A stretch of DNA of 63,513 nt, filler included, from 4 parts of 4 records of this genome joined end to end with filler, not necessarily neighbours in it, one strand, 5' to 3'; numbered from the whole stretch's first letter, positions 9,944 through 21,727 are shown. Notes: a model not told the origin generated them from the letters alone. Made by a program: numbers and translations.

Positions 9944-11276
9944 GTGTCATCCCTTCGACCAGCAGCGAGGGCACTACCCGGCTGAGGTGGGTGCGGGCGT
10001 CATTGGCAGGGACCATCACCCGCAACATGTCACGCAGATTGCCCGCGATGGTGCATTCGTTGATCGTATGTGTGATTTCGCCGTTCTCGATCCAGAACCC
10101 GGCAGCCCCGCGTGAATAATCACCGGTATTGGGGTTGATGGTTGATCCGATCATCGAGGTGACCAGCAGGCCGGTGCCCATCTCGCGGATCAGCTCGGCC
10201 CGGGTTCGGCTGCCTTGGGTCAGGGCCACATTCCAGTTCGTCGGGGTCGGTGCAGAGGAGGTGCCACGCGCCGCGTTGCCGGTGGCCTGCAGCCCCAGTT
10301 TGCGGGCATTGGCCAGATCAAGTGTCCAGCCTTGCAGCACACCGTTTTCCACTATCAGCCGTTTCTGTGTTGGCAGACCTTCGGCGTCAAAGGGCCGTGA
10401 GCCGCTGGTGCGCGGACGGTGCGGGTCTTCGATCAGGGACAGGTGGTCGGGCAGGACTGCCTCGCCCATGGCATCCCGCAGAAAGGATGCGCCCCGCGCC
10501 ACCGCGCTGCCGTTTACGGCAGAGAGCAAGTGACCGATCAGGCTGGAGGAAATGCGTTCGTCAAACAATACCGGATAGGCACCGGTTGGCGGTTTGCGTG
10601 CATCCAGCCGCTCCACCGCACGGTTTCCGGCGGATTGCCCGATATCTTCGGCGCTGCGCAGGTCACTTTGAAAGATGCGCCCGTCACCATCATAATCACG
10701 CTCCATCCCGGTGCCAGTGCCGGCAATGGCCACACAGGAAAGCCCACGGTCCGTGCGCGAATACCCGCCTTCAAACCCGTTGCTCATGGCGGTGAAAACC
10801 TCTTGTGCGCCATAGGCCGCACTGGCGGATTGCACCTGTGTCACCCCTTTGATGCCAAGGGCGGCTGCCTCTGCGCGGGCGGCATCGTCTTGCAAGTCTT
10901 CGGGCGACGGTTCGGGCGTGGGGTCATAAAGTTCCAGCGCGTCGATGTCCCAAGTCTGTGCCAGCTGGTCCGGCGTGGCCAACCCGGCATAGGGATCTTC
11001 CGGGGCCTCGCGCGCCATGGCAACCGCCCGCACCGCCATCTCTTCAATGGTGCGGCTTGAGGTATCAGAGGCCGACACGGTCGCCGCGCGTTGCCCGACA
11101 AAAACCCGCAAGCCGATGTCGACACCTTCCGCGCGTTCCGCCTGTTCCAAGGTACCGCCACGCACGTCGACAGAAACCGATGTCGCCTGCACCGCCTTGG
11201 CTTCGGCGCTGTCGGCACCGGCTTTGGTGGCGGCCTGCAAAAGCGATTTGGTCAGCGCGTCCAGGGGCAGTGACAT
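9930..11276 (-). CDS. pmbA: TldD/PmbA family protein (PmbA/TldE type)
   Basis: SRPFDAEGLP, NTGDYSRGAAGFWIENGE, TIAGNL; ATG at 11276. Confidence 0.85.
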   Translation of the reverse strand: MSLPLDALTKSLLQAATKAGADSAEAKAVQATSVSVDVRGGTLEQAERAEGVDIGLRVFVGQRAATVSASDTSSRTIEEMAVRAVAMAREAPEDPYAGLATPDQLAQTWDIDALELYDPTPEPSPEDLQDDAARAEAAALGIKGVTQVQSASAAYGAQEVFTAMSNGFEGGYSRTDRGLSCVAIAGTGTGMERDYDGDGRIFQSDLRSAEDIGQSAGNRAVERLDARKPPTGAYPVLFDERISSSLIGHLLSAVNGSAVARGASFLRDAMGEAVLPDHLSLIEDPHRPRTSGSRPFDAEGLPTQKRLIVENGVLQGWTLDLANARKLGLQATGNAARGTSSAPTPTNWNVALTQGSRTRAELIREMGTGLLVTSMIGSTINPNTGDYSRGAAGFWIENGEITHTINECTIAGNLRDMLRVMVPANDARTHLSRVVPSLLVEGMTLAGA

Positions 11277-11350
11277 AAGGGAAAGCTCCGGTTTGGGTCC
11301 TGTGCCTAAGGAGGTAACCTGCGCCCCCTCAAAGGACAAGGGAGGCATGT

Positions 11351-11379
11351 AAAAAGGGCGCAGCCTATGCCGCGCCCCT
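11351..11379 (-). terminator. Rho-independent terminator of the DUF2125 gene
   Basis: Minus strand GGGCGCGGC-atag-GCTGCGCCC followed by TTTTT. Confidence 0.75.
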
Positions 11380-11414
11380 GTAGCAAATGCAAAGTTTTGC
11401 AGCTGCCGCGCTGG

Positions 11415-12947
11415 TTAACGCAGGCGCTGCCCGTTTGCCAGAATTTGACCGTCGGGGGTAAATTCGATCTTGGATTTCAACGTGTCGGGCGCATCACCGG
11501 GCACGGTGAACAGCCCCATCATCATCCGCGCACCCATCGCCTGATCCTGCGGCAGCAAGCCCATTGCGACCAGTTTGTCCAACAAGGTGTTGCCTCCTGC
11601 CAGCGCAAGATCCACATCCCCAATGGGATTGCCTGCACCGGGCACCAGACCGCCAGCGGCCCCGTCAAAGGTGATGTCGCCTGCACCTTCCAGTTTCGCA
11701 CCGGCGGCACTGACCAGCAATGTGCCAAGGTTCACGGCTTTCACCTCGCCGGGAGAGCCTGTCATCTGTGCCGCCGCCTCTGGGTTCATCCAATCGACCA
11801 GCATTTTTACCTTACCGGTCAGATCCAATACAACTGTCGCCGGATCGCGCGGCAATTGTGCGGCGGGGTCAAACATGCTCCAGATGATATCGGACATGGT
11901 AAAATCGCTGAGGTTCAGACCGAATGCAAAATCCTGCGCCTCGTCGGATTTACTGACGGGCATGGCAAGGTTGAAGCCGCTTTCGGCCATTTTGATCTCA
12001 AACGGGAAGGGCATCATTTCCATGGTGATCCCAATGTTCACGTCACGCTGGTCTACATCATAGGCCAGCCCGTTTGCGCTCATCTTGAAGCCGAAATCGC
12101 CGCCCTGTGATGTGGTGTTCATCACATAGTTGCCATTCTCCGGATCCTTGATGTCAAATTCGGAACTCCCCGACGCATAGCTCAGGCTACCAGTGGCATC
12201 AAAACCCTCCGCCATCAGCGTGGACATATCGGCACCTTTGGCCACTTCAAGCGGCAGCTCACCCTGACCCGTGAAGGTGACGCCGCCCATGGTGCCCTTG
12301 ATTGCGCCTTGGGCATCCGCCTTGTCGGGGTCGTTTACAAACATATCAAACGCCATGCTTTCAATGCTGCCGTTTTGATCATACCCGCGCATGTCACCGA
12401 TGGTCATGGATGTTGTGCTGCTTAGGTTGGTGCCAGAAAAGTTTATCCGTGCGTCGTCACCGGACATTTCTTTGTCACCGACCTTCATCCGGGTCATGTC
12501 CATCGCAAAGTTTTGCGCGGTGTAAAGATAGGTCATATCCTCGGGATCGCCACTGACCGTGATTGCGTGATCATTTTGGGTAAAGTTGACCGTTACCGTA
12601 AAAGGTTCACCGCCGTTTGCCGCATCTTCGCCCGTCACGGTGATTGGCACCGTGTCGGGCATGACAATTGCAACCGTGCCGTCGCGGTTCTGGTTAAAGG
12701 CGAGGGACCCCAAAGACATCGACATCGCCCCATCGCTTTCAGGGATGGCAAAGCTAAAGCTGAGATCACTGACCGTCAGATCATCGCCATTGGCGGTTTC
12801 GGTTGCTGTGATCTCATATCCCATGCCTTCCATATAGGCCCGCCAGTCGCCCCAGACTTCCTGCGGTGTCAGGTCCGCCCAAGCGGCTTGTGTGGCAAGG
12901 GAAAAGGGCAGCGCGAGGCCAAGTGCAATCGGCGTGAAACGGGACAT
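11415..12947 (-). CDS. DUF2125 domain exported protein
   Basis: Signal peptide MSRFTPIALGLALPFSLATQAAWA then DLTPQEVW; C-terminal LLDKLVAMGL...ILANGQRL; true start 12947, the longer ORF is antisense to the SDR. Confidence 0.8.
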   Translation of the reverse strand: MSRFTPIALGLALPFSLATQAAWADLTPQEVWGDWRAYMEGMGYEITATETANGDDLTVSDLSFSFAIPESDGAMSMSLGSLAFNQNRDGTVAIVMPDTVPITVTGEDAANGGEPFTVTVNFTQNDHAITVSGDPEDMTYLYTAQNFAMDMTRMKVGDKEMSGDDARINFSGTNLSSTTSMTIGDMRGYDQNGSIESMAFDMFVNDPDKADAQGAIKGTMGGVTFTGQGELPLEVAKGADMSTLMAEGFDATGSLSYASGSSEFDIKDPENGNYVMNTTSQGGDFGFKMSANGLAYDVDQRDVNIGITMEMMPFPFEIKMAESGFNLAMPVSKSDEAQDFAFGLNLSDFTMSDIIWSMFDPAAQLPRDPATVVLDLTGKVKMLVDWMNPEAAAQMTGSPGEVKAVNLGTLLVSAAGAKLEGAGDITFDGAAGGLVPGAGNPIGDVDLALAGGNTLLDKLVAMGLLPQDQAMGARMMMGLFTVPGDAPDTLKSKIEFTPDGQILANGQRLR

Positions 12948-13103
12948 GGGTAATTCCTTTTGGCAATGTCTGCGCAAAGTCTTTGAAAGGCTGGACAAGG
13001 TCAAGCCATGTGGTCGGGGGTGGACCAATCTTCGGCAGAACACTACCACATAGGTCAAGGAAATTGCAAAAAGCTGCACAGGCAATAAAGGAAATACCGC
13101 ACC

Positions 13104-13853
13104 ATGGATATGCAGAACAAGACCGTCATGATCACTGGCGCAAGCCGGGGCATCGGAGCCGAGGCCGCGCGGATTTTTGCCGAGGCAGGGGCGAATGTGG
13201 CCTTGCTGGCCCGCTCCGAAGGGGCGTTGAAAGAATTGACCGCAGAGATCGGCAAAGCCGCCATCGCGATTCCCTGTGACGTGGCCAATTACGCCGATAT
13301 GGCAGCGGCGGTGGAAAAGACCGTGCAGACCTTTGACGGTCTGGACGTGCTGATCAACAACGCCGGTGTGATCGAACCTGTGGCGCATCTGGGGGATGCT
13401 GACCCTGATGCATGGGGGCAAGTGATCGACATTAACCTCAAGGGCGTGTTCAACGGCATGCATGCCGCTTTGCCGGTGATGAAGGCCAAGGGGGGTGGAT
13501 CAATCCTGACCATTTCATCCGGTGCCGCGCATGGGCCGGTAGAGGCATGGAGCCATTATTGTGCGTCCAAGGCGGCGGTGCATATGCTGACCAAATGTGT
13601 GGATCTGGAAGAGGCCGAAAACGGTATCCGCGCCATCGGCCTGTCACCGGGCACGGTCGCCACCCAGATGCAGCGCGAGATCAAGGCATCGGGCATCAAC
13701 CCGGTCAGCAAGCTGGCGTGGGAGGATCACGTGCCTGCGGACTGGCCTGCCAAATGCCTGCTGTGGATGTGCAGCCCTGAGGCAGACGGTTTCAAAGGCC
13801 AGGAAATCTCGCTGCGCGATGAAGGCATCCGCCGTGCGGTGGGCCTGACGTGA
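13104..13853 (+). CDS. Short-chain dehydrogenase/reductase
   Basis: TGASRGIG, NNAG, YCASK. Confidence 0.93.
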   Translation: MDMQNKTVMITGASRGIGAEAARIFAEAGANVALLARSEGALKELTAEIGKAAIAIPCDVANYADMAAAVEKTVQTFDGLDVLINNAGVIEPVAHLGDADPDAWGQVIDINLKGVFNGMHAALPVMKAKGGGSILTISSGAAHGPVEAWSHYCASKAAVHMLTKCVDLEEAENGIRAIGLSPGTVATQMQREIKASGINPVSKLAWEDHVPADWPAKCLLWMCSPEADGFKGQEISLRDEGIRRAVGLT

Positions 13854-14461
13854 TCGAGCTGCATAAGGACGCGGATGTCTGGACGGTAACAATCAATCGG
13901 CCCGACAAGGCCAATTCGTTGACCCATGCGATGCTGGCCGAACTGGCCGAGATTATGGAAAGTGCCGGATCCGCCCGTGCTGTGATCCTGACCGCTCGCG
14001 GTAAGGTATTCAGCGCCGGTGCTGATCTGGAAGAAGCAGTGGCGGGGCTTGCAACCTCTGACGTCTGGGAACGCCTATCCGGGGCTATCGCCGCCTTGCC
14101 GGGGCTGAGCATCGCCGCACTGAATGGCACCTTGGCAGGCGGGGCCATGGGCATGGCGCTGGCCTGCGATCTGCGTATCGCTGTGCCGGGTGCAAAGTTC
14201 TTTTATCCGGTGATGAAGCTGGGTTTTCTGCCGCAACCCTCTGACCCCAAACGCATGGCGGCGCTGATTGGCCCGGCGCGGACCAAGCTGATCCTGATGG
14301 GCGGGCAAAAGATTGAAGCCCCAGAGGCGCTGACCTTTGGGTTGATTGACCGGATTGTTGACGGGGCGGATTTGCTTGCCCATGCACAGGAGATCAGCGC
14401 CCTGACCGTTGCGGCCAAACCGGAGATTGCTGCCGAAATTAAACGGATGTGTAACCCCTAG
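13850..14461 (+). CDS. Enoyl-CoA hydratase/isomerase family protein
   Basis: INRPDKANSL, FSAGADL, GGAMGMALACDLRIA; GTG start overlaps the SDR stop. Confidence 0.9.
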   Translation: MIELHKDADVWTVTINRPDKANSLTHAMLAELAEIMESAGSARAVILTARGKVFSAGADLEEAVAGLATSDVWERLSGAIAALPGLSIAALNGTLAGGAMGMALACDLRIAVPGAKFFYPVMKLGFLPQPSDPKRMAALIGPARTKLILMGGQKIEAPEALTFGLIDRIVDGADLLAHAQEISALTVAAKPEIAAEIKRMCNP

Positions 14462-14532
14462 ATCAGCGGCACAAATGGCACGTCACAAGCGGCAAGGACC
14501 AGCAGGGCGGAAAGGGTCAGGAGAATACGCAT
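14458..14532 (-). CDS. Putative 24-aa micro-lipoprotein MRILLTLSALLVLAACDVPFVPLI
   Basis: GAGG RBS 6 nt before ATG; basic N-region, hydrophobic core and LAAC lipobox; TTGACG -35-like hexamer upstream; too short for the ORF track. Confidence 0.7.
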   Translation of the reverse strand: MRILLTLSALLVLAACDVPFVPLI

Positions 14533-14685
14533 CGATTGCCTCTTTTTTGTTTTTCGCCACTCTCTGCTCTGGGGCAAGGCGCGTCAAGACATCGCCCGGC
14601 CACAACTTGCGCGGTTTTTCGGGCAAAACCGTCGGTATATCGCAAAAAACTTGAACCTTGGGCCCAAGGCAGGCAAGAGCATTGC

Positions 14686-14785
14686 NNNNNNNNNNNNNNN
14701 NNNNNNNNNNNNNNNNNNNNNNNNNNNNNTTAATTAATTAANNNNNNNNNNNNNNNNNNNNNNNNNNNNNNNNNNNNNNNNNNNN
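14686..14785. other. Artificial contig linker
   Basis: N44-TTAATTAATTAA-N44 (stops in all frames). Confidence 0.99.
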
Positions 14786-15170
14786 TCAGGCGCACACAGC
14801 GTTCCTGATCGCACAAATTTTCCGAATGCATCATCGGCAGATAAAAGAACTGCCGCGCTGGTTCATCGATCTTTAAATCCCAGCCCTTGTCGACTGCACA
14901 TTTGGCTGCTGCCAGCGCTGCCCTGTCCGATGCGAATGCCTGTTTGCTGCCCCGGAACATGTTACGAGGTAACTGATCCATAAGGATAATATAGGCCAGC
15001 GATCCGCTGGGATAGGTCAGCCAAAGCGAGAACTTCCCCTCGCCTGCATCCTTCCACATTGTAAGGAATTTATCCCGGATTCGCGCATCCAGCGCTTCAT
15101 CCTGTAGGTACCACCCCTCGGGGCCAACCTCATCTAACCAAAAACTCAATACTTCTTCAGGACCTGCCAT
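14786..15170 (-). CDS. DUF924 family protein (3'-truncated)
   Basis: EVLSFW, IILMDQLPRNMFRG, RQFFYLPMMHSE. Confidence 0.9.
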
Positions 15171-15277
15171 TGCCCTAGACTCCGTAATTGCCCTCCCCAG
15201 GACGTAACGTCATTAAAATCTCTTTTACAGATTTGTGACAGTAACATATTGCAACACAAAAGTCACAATTGCGTCGC

Positions 15278-16549
15278 TTAGGTGAGTTCTTGCGCATCCT
15301 GCTCATCCTGCGCGGCCTCAATCGCGACTTCTTGCGCGACTTCAAGCGCGACCAGCGAAGATGTCGGATAGAGCGGCGCAATTGTCCCGGTCTCATCCAC
15401 AGGTGCGTAAACGCGCTGGGTCATCCGATACGCGGCATACAGGGCCATGATGAACATCAGTACGGCAATGAACAGGAAAAAGCCCCATGGACCGATAACC
15501 CCGGACCCCATCAGCCATCCAGTGATAATCGGCCCTGCGATCGCGCCAAGACCATTGATGAAAACCAGCCCCCCTGACGCCGCCGACATATCGTCATACT
15601 CCAGATAGTCATTTGTATATGCGATCAGCAGCGAATAAAGCGGGCTCGTCATACCGCCAATAATAAAAGCCGACACCAACAGCATGGGAAACGTGACACC
15701 CAGCACAATGCCAATCACGGCCCCAACGCCGCCAACAGCGGCAACCGACATAATCAGCAGGCGGCGATCCATTCTATCGGACATCCAGCCGAGCGGATAT
15801 TGCAGCACGACTGCGCCGATATAAAACGCGGCAACAAAGGTAGAAATTTCAACCAGGCTCAGCCCAACCTGGGCGCCATAGACGGCGCTCATACCGAATT
15901 GCGCCGAGAATATTCCGCCTAACAAAAACATGCCAACACAGCCCAACGGTGATGTCTCCAACAATTTGCGCAGGGTCATCGGCTTGGTGGTGTCGAATGC
16001 GGGTGTGGGAGAGATCGACAGCAAAATGGGTCCGAACGAAATCGAGACCAGGATCGATGCGATAACAAACGTCTCATACCCGGCAGGGTCACCGACCAGC
16101 AAAAGGGCCTGCGCGCTCACGACACCCGCCATCTGCACTATCATGTAGAGCGACAGCGCCTGCCCTCGGTTCTCGTTGTTGGCCGCGTTGTTCAGCCAGC
16201 TTTCGGCTGTCACATACACGCCCGAGAAGCAGAAACCGATAATCACGCGGCCCAGCGACCACGCGATTGGGTCGGTCAGCATCGGATACATGATCATAAC
16301 GGCCGAGATAAACGAAGCCAAAGCCGCGAACACGCGCACGTGGCCCACGCGCCGGATCATCTCGGGTGCCAAACGCGAGCCGCCGAGAAAACCCAAAAAA
16401 TAAGCCGACATGACAAAGGACATCTCGAGGGTCGAGAAGCCCTCGATCTCGCCGCGCACGCCCAGCAACGTGCCTTGAAGGCCGTTGCCGACCATCAGCA
16501 ATCCCATTCCCAGAAGAAGCGCCCAAGCGCTGGAAAGAACCTGAAGCAT
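15278..16549 (-). CDS. MFS transporter (YcaD-like)
   Basis: 12 hydrophobic segments; IRRVGHVR, ESWLN, NRGQALSLY, GWMSDRMDRR. Confidence 0.92.
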   Translation of the reverse strand: MLQVLSSAWALLLGMGLLMVGNGLQGTLLGVRGEIEGFSTLEMSFVMSAYFLGFLGGSRLAPEMIRRVGHVRVFAALASFISAVMIMYPMLTDPIAWSLGRVIIGFCFSGVYVTAESWLNNAANNENRGQALSLYMIVQMAGVVSAQALLLVGDPAGYETFVIASILVSISFGPILLSISPTPAFDTTKPMTLRKLLETSPLGCVGMFLLGGIFSAQFGMSAVYGAQVGLSLVEISTFVAAFYIGAVVLQYPLGWMSDRMDRRLLIMSVAAVGGVGAVIGIVLGVTFPMLLVSAFIIGGMTSPLYSLLIAYTNDYLEYDDMSAASGGLVFINGLGAIAGPIITGWLMGSGVIGPWGFFLFIAVLMFIMALYAAYRMTQRVYAPVDETGTIAPLYPTSSLVALEVAQEVAIEAAQDEQDAQELT

Positions 16550-16654
16550 AATGCCTATCCAAGTTGCCGACGTGTTTTGTTCGCTTTGCGATCAATTCCT
16601 TCCCGCGTCGCGCCTGTCTACGACATTGTCGGGGCGCGGATGAAACAGATGCGA

Positions 16655-17701
16655 CTAAGGGATCAACAAAGACGCATCGCCATATGAGAAAAAGCGATAT
16701 TCACCCGCGATGGCATGATCATAAATTGTATTGACCTGATCCTGCCCCATCAGTGCCGAAACCAGCATCAGCAAAGTGGACTTCGGCAAATGAAAGTTGG
16801 TCATCAGCGCATCGGTGACGTGAAATTCGAAACCGGGATAGATGAATATGTCGGTCTCACCTTCCCACGGTTCGATCCGTCCCCCACGCGCCGCGCTTTC
16901 GATCAGGCGCAGCGCTGTCGTTCCCACCGGGATGATCCGCCTGCCCTTCGCCCGGGTCGCCGCGATCTCAGCTGCGGCCTGCGCGCTGACGCGACCCCAT
17001 TCGGCGTGCATCTTATGTGTGGTTACGTCTTCGACTTTGACCGGAAGAAACGTGCCAGCACCTACATGCAGGGTTACATGAGTGAATTCGACGCCGCGTT
17101 CCGCCAGCGCGTTCAACAATGCATCGTCGAAATGCAGCGACGCCGTAGGCGCCGCAACAGCACCGGAGTTCCGCGCCCAAACGGTTTGGTAATCGGTCTT
17201 ATCCTGCTCATCCACCGCGCGTTTTGCAGCAATATAGGGTGGCAACGGCATTGCGCCTGCCCGCTCCAATGCGCGGTCAAAATCCTCTCCGGTCAGATTG
17301 AAACGCAAATAGGCCTGACCATCGGCGACACGATCCAAGGTCGCGCTCAGATCATCCGAAAACACGATCGCCTCTCCGGGTTTGACCTTTTTCAGGGGCT
17401 TGATCAGCGCAGCCCAGCAACCATCGGATTGCGGGTCAAGCAGCGTTGCTTCTATCGCAGCGGAAACAGGGCCCTGCGCACTGTCGCGATGGCGGCGGCC
17501 ACTCAGCCGCGCAGGGATTACGCGGGTGTCGTTCAACACCAGACGATCACCTGGCTGCAGTATGCCCGGCAGATCGAACACATGCTGATCCCGAATGGTA
17601 TTTCCTTGCGCAACCAACAGCCGCGCTGACGAGCGTGGATTGGCAGGCCGCGTGGCAATCAAGTGTTCGGGCAGGTGGAAATCAAAATCGCTAAGTTTCA
17701 T
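16655..17701 (-). CDS. queA: S-adenosylmethionine:tRNA ribosyltransferase-isomerase
   Basis: [58 protein letters not shown]. Confidence 0.97.
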   Translation of the reverse strand: MKLSDFDFHLPEHLIATRPANPRSSARLLVAQGNTIRDQHVFDLPGILQPGDRLVLNDTRVIPARLSGRRHRDSAQGPVSAAIEATLLDPQSDGCWAALIKPLKKVKPGEAIVFSDDLSATLDRVADGQAYLRFNLTGEDFDRALERAGAMPLPPYIAAKRAVDEQDKTDYQTVWARNSGAVAAPTASLHFDDALLNALAERGVEFTHVTLHVGAGTFLPVKVEDVTTHKMHAEWGRVSAQAAAEIAATRAKGRRIIPVGTTALRLIESAARGGRIEPWEGETDIFIYPGFEFHVTDALMTNFHLPKSTLLMLVSALMGQDQVNTIYDHAIAGEYRFFSYGDASLLIP

Positions 17702-17745
17702 GGCCGCGCCATACATCGGCCCGACAGATTCGGCCACAGCCCAGA

Positions 17746-20700
17746 TCAGCGATCTTCACCCCGCGATTGCACGGCCGGATGCGGTTGGCCAGATCGGTCG
17801 GGCGTGGCATTGGGGCCATCTGAAACGGTTGGCGCCGGTTCACGCAGCAGGTTGCGCAGAAACAGGGGGGCGAGGCCCGACAGCGGATTGACCGACACCC
17901 GCGGGTCCGCCAACGGCCCGGTCAGTGTGTAGTTGAAGGAAAAAATCCCTTCGCCTTTCTTGGTTATCACACTGCCAATCGCATTCAAAAGATAGATCGG
18001 TGAGATCGCGCCGCGCAGATTTAACATCCCCGCGACCGTATCGACCGTGCCATCAAACGACAGGCCCATCGAGGGGCCAACCGCGCTGCCGCTCAGCACC
18101 TTCACCTCGGTCGGAGTAATGCGCATTTTGCTGTCGATGGCTGAAAAGAAAATACCCTGCCCCGCCATTTCATCCAGCAACCCAACCAGACTGATCGCGT
18201 TCAGCAACGCCGCCATGGCTGGTGCGTCCGTAATCCGCGTATTCTTGATCTTCAGGTCGACATCGTAATTTCCGGGCTCGGCAATGGGATCAAGTTGCAA
18301 CTGCATGGAACCGCCTCGCGCTTGTGTCAACACTCCGGCTGAACGCAGAACAGCCCCCGCATCGTCCGAAGTCAGTCCAACTGCGGTGCGACCATCGCGC
18401 GGCGTCACCTGTCCGTTTATGCGCGCGCCACCATTCACCTGTGCGGCGAAGGGGCCCGTCAATCCGCCTGTGGTTTGGAATGACCCGGTCAGCCCTGTTA
18501 GCGCCACAGTCTCGGTAACCTGCAACCGGTCCAACGCAACGTCGAGTTTCGGCCCTGGTCCACCCCCCCCACCACTGTCGCCACCGCCCTCGCCCAGCGT
18601 AGATTTGCCAAGATCAAGGACGCCGCCCAGCACCCGAATATCTGGTAAAGCCGAACCGCGCCCGATCAGTTCGGCAGGAACAGCCAGCCAATTGCCTAGT
18701 TCGAATGAACTGAACCGCACACGATCAAACGCACCATCGCGGAAGGAAATGGAGGCCGAGGTACGCAAACCAGCCGTATCAATCCGCAGCGCATCGACGC
18801 TAAGCTGCGCGCCCAGCGTCGCCTCAGCCGTCAGGGTACCGCTGCTGTTACCACCTTTGCGCCACCCAAGCTCCGGGATAGCCAACGCAACCCCCACCAG
18901 GTCTGATTGCGCGTTCAGGCGCGGCGGCTCACCCGCACCGATGCCTAACGTGAAATCTGCCAGCCCCTGCCCGGTTAGCATGCCGTTGGGCAGTCCGGCA
19001 TTTATCTGTTCCATCAGTCGTGGCGAAAGTTCGATCTGGCCAGTTAGCTCACTACGTTGCGGCGTGTCGCCCCCGATCGGCTGGCGCCACGAGGCCTGAA
19101 CCGGGACGACCCCAAACAGCCCTTCACCTTCAATGGCGACCTGCGTCTGATCTCCGCTCAGGTCCAACTGGTCGGCACTGACTTCGAACCCCGGCACCAG
19201 TTTGTCGCTGTCCAAATTGGACAGCTTGCCTGAAAAGTGAAACTGCGTGTCTTCAAGTTTTAGCCCCTTGATCAAGGGCAATGACAAAGTACCGCCCAGG
19301 CTAACCTGACCGTCTGCGAGTTCGACCGGAAGATTGGCCTTGGTCAGCAATTGCAGGGGTGGTCGGTCCAGAAGAGACAATGCAGCGGTCACGCTGCCCT
19401 TTGCCTGCACCCGGGCAATACCCGGCGTAGATTTCTTGATTCGAGTGTCCGGAATGATAAACGAGGTACCCGAAGCATCGACTGCCCCGCCTTCATCCGC
19501 GATCACAATTCCCTTTTGCGCCGAGACCGTAAATCGCCCGTTCAGCAGGCTGGCCTGCCCCTGCGCATTTTCAATGGGCGGCAGGGTCTTTGCAAACCGG
19601 ACCTTGGTGTCTTCAAAATCGAAATCCACATAGATGTCGGGCTTTTCACCGGGTCGCAGGCGCAGGGCGAAATCCAGATCTGACATTTCACCATGGTAGA
19701 GGTTCTCGGTCACCCAAAGGCGCGGTTTCGGGGCTAGCCGTTCGGGCCAGTAGTTCAACAGTTGATCAGATTTCATCTGATCAATCTGCGCATCAATTTC
19801 GGCGACCCAGCCTTCGGACAACCCGGCCAGAGACCCGCTCAGACGTGCACGATGCGAGCCATCTTCGACCGTCATCTGCCCCAATTGCATCCGAAACGGT
19901 GCCAGTTTCATCTGGAAGTCCACATCAGCCCGCGTCAGGTTCAGCGCTTCTGGGAACAGATTGGCCGGATTGACCTCGATCCCGCTCAGGCGAAACTGTC
20001 CAGACATGCTGTCCAACGCGCCAGCTTTGATCCCCTGAAGGAAAGCCTTGCCATCGGCCTGCACCCTGCCCCAGGCGGAACTGATTGAGACCTCGTTGAA
20101 ATCCAGCGCCTGCTGTATTGGGTCGTAGGTGAAATAGGTGCGCGCTGAATCAAACTTGATGGGCGTTGTCTCGGGCGTCGGCTGTACCGCACCTGCGCCA
20201 AGGTTTAGCGTGGCGAAGACCGGCCCCAGCGCTCCGTCGGCGTCAATGCTTCCGCGCAACGCACCAGAGATGGGCGTTCGCAGCACCTGCATCCATGCCA
20301 GTACCGGGCTGTGACCGGCAATATCTTCCGCCGGTAGATCAGTGATCGACACACCAAACCGAGCGGCAAGGCTGCCCAGCGAACTGGTATAGTTGGCCTC
20401 GATTGTGCTGACGAAATCCCGCCCGGCCAGAACCGAGAAGTTGGTGGCCAGGCGAACCTCGCCCGCGCTGCGAGTGGCCTGAATGCGACCGCCGTCCAAA
20501 ACCCAGGATCGGCCCAAGCGCAAGTCCTGATAATCCAGAGTGATTGCGTCCAGTTCGACAGAACTCAGCGCCGACAAAGCCGGTGATTGAAATACCTCAT
20601 CCGATCTTTCGATAAGCTGCGCAAAGTTCGGGGCCTGGCCAACCGGCGCACTGCCGGCACCAACGGTCAGTGTCAAAACCCCGTCCAGGCCCCTGGTCAG

Positions 20701-21141
20701 CGCTATTTGCGCCCCTTGCAGGATAATGCGTTTTGGTCGCACATGACCACGCAGCAGTGGCCGCATCGACAGGCTGGCGCGCAGGTCCGACACTTCGGCA
20801 ATCTGCTGACCCGCAGCGTCACTGATGCGGACATCCGTCAGGCGCATTCGTGGGCGCCAGCCTTCGTGCACGATAAAACTGACGTCGCCGAACCGCACTT
20901 TCACGCCGCCCAAAGCTTCGTCAAGGCGCGTCTCAACGCGGTCACGCAGCCATGCTGGCGCGTGCATCCGCTGACCAATCACCATGAAACCGGTTAGCAG
21001 CGCCAGAAAGACCAGCACAAAGACACCGCGCATGGCCCACAACCCAGCTGTCCGGCGGCGCGATCGTCGGCGGGGCTTCTTGCCCGTCTCTTCGTCATCC
21101 TGCTGTTGTTGCTGGACCAATTTGCGTCCCACGCCTTTCAA
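17746..21141 (-). CDS. AsmA-like / YhdP (DUF3971) envelope protein
   Basis: 1131 aa; N-terminal TM, beta-rich body, AsmA-type C-terminus [26 protein letters not shown]; start uncertain. Confidence 0.85.
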   Translation of the reverse strand: MKGVGRKLVQQQQQDDEETGKKPRRRSRRRTAGLWAMRGVFVLVFLALLTGFMVIGQRMHAPAWLRDRVETRLDEALGGVKVRFGDVSFIVHEGWRPRMRLTDVRISDAAGQQIAEVSDLRASLSMRPLLRGHVRPKRIILQGAQIALTRGLDGVLTLTVGAGSAPVGQAPNFAQLIERSDEVFQSPALSALSSVELDAITLDYQDLRLGRSWVLDGGRIQATRSAGEVRLATNFSVLAGRDFVSTIEANYTSSLGSLAARFGVSITDLPAEDIAGHSPVLAWMQVLRTPISGALRGSIDADGALGPVFATLNLGAGAVQPTPETTPIKFDSARTYFTYDPIQQALDFNEVSISSAWGRVQADGKAFLQGIKAGALDSMSGQFRLSGIEVNPANLFPEALNLTRADVDFQMKLAPFRMQLGQMTVEDGSHRARLSGSLAGLSEGWVAEIDAQIDQMKSDQLLNYWPERLAPKPRLWVTENLYHGEMSDLDFALRLRPGEKPDIYVDFDFEDTKVRFAKTLPPIENAQGQASLLNGRFTVSAQKGIVIADEGGAVDASGTSFIIPDTRIKKSTPGIARVQAKGSVTAALSLLDRPPLQLLTKANLPVELADGQVSLGGTLSLPLIKGLKLEDTQFHFSGKLSNLDSDKLVPGFEVSADQLDLSGDQTQVAIEGEGLFGVVPVQASWRQPIGGDTPQRSELTGQIELSPRLMEQINAGLPNGMLTGQGLADFTLGIGAGEPPRLNAQSDLVGVALAIPELGWRKGGNSSGTLTAEATLGAQLSVDALRIDTAGLRTSASISFRDGAFDRVRFSSFELGNWLAVPAELIGRGSALPDIRVLGGVLDLGKSTLGEGGGDSGGGGGPGPKLDVALDRLQVTETVALTGLTGSFQTTGGLTGPFAAQVNGGARINGQVTPRDGRTAVGLTSDDAGAVLRSAGVLTQARGGSMQLQLDPIAEPGNYDVDLKIKNTRITDAPAMAALLNAISLVGLLDEMAGQGIFFSAIDSKMRITPTEVKVLSGSAVGPSMGLSFDGTVDTVAGMLNLRGAISPIYLLNAIGSVITKKGEGIFSFNYTLTGPLADPRVSVNPLSGLAPLFLRNLLREPAPTVSDGPNATPDRSGQPHPAVQSRGEDR

Positions 21142-21201
21142 CCTGCTATTGGCGCCCTATGATAAGCGGCAACCTTCAATCTTCTCAATCGGAGTAGGAA
21201 T

Positions 21202-21627
21202 ATGCCCGAAATCTCAGACATCGCACCCGACTTTACTCTGCCCCGCGACGGCGGCGGCGAGGTGTCCCTTTCGGAACAACGCGGCCACGCTGTCGTCCTG
21301 TTTTTCTATCCCCGCGATGATACGCCGGGCTGCACCAAGGAATCCATCGGATTCTCAGAGCAACTGCAGGCATTTGCGGATGCTGGCGCTCACGTCTTCG
21401 GCATCTCACGCGATACCGTCGCCAAGCACGACAAGTTCGTTGCCAAGCACGGACTGACCACACCGCTACTGTCAGATGATGGCCAGACCGTGTGCGAGGA
21501 ATATGGCGTTTGGGTCGAAAAGAACATGTACGGGCGTAAATCAATGGGTATTGAGCGTTCGACCTTTCTGATCGACACAGATGGCAAAATCGCCCGTGTC
21601 TGGCGCAAGGTGAAAGTCCCCGGTCAT
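21202..21627 (+). CDS. bcp: Peroxiredoxin Bcp/PrxQ (3'-truncated)
   Basis: APDFTLP, FFYPRDDTPGCTKE, GIERSTFLID. Confidence 0.93.
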
Positions 21628-21727
21628 NNNNNNNNNNNNNNNNNNNNNNNNNNNNNNNNNNNNNNNNNNNNTTAATTAATTAANNNNNNNNNNNNNNNNN
21701 NNNNNNNNNNNNNNNNNNNNNNNNNNN
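21628..21727. other. Artificial contig linker
   Basis: N44-TTAATTAATTAA-N44. Confidence 0.99.

Noticed and set aside
12948-13463. N-terminal extension making the DUF2125 ORF 682 aa
   Set aside because: It is the antisense shadow of the SDR gene; a signal peptide and RBS mark the start at 12947
14730-14741. TTAATTAATTAA repeated three times in the window
   Set aside because: Always flanked by N44 on both sides; a synthetic all-frame-stop linker, not a biological repeat
15233-15268. TTGTGAC...GTCACAA inverted repeat upstream of DUF924
   Set aside because: 7-bp arms with a 22-nt spacer; cannot be assigned to a regulator or terminator from sequence alone
16715-17629. 304-aa plus-strand ORF opposite queA (also 5202-6176, 18284-19099 and similar)
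   Set aside because: Antisense shadow ORFs expected in GC-rich coding DNA; no motifs
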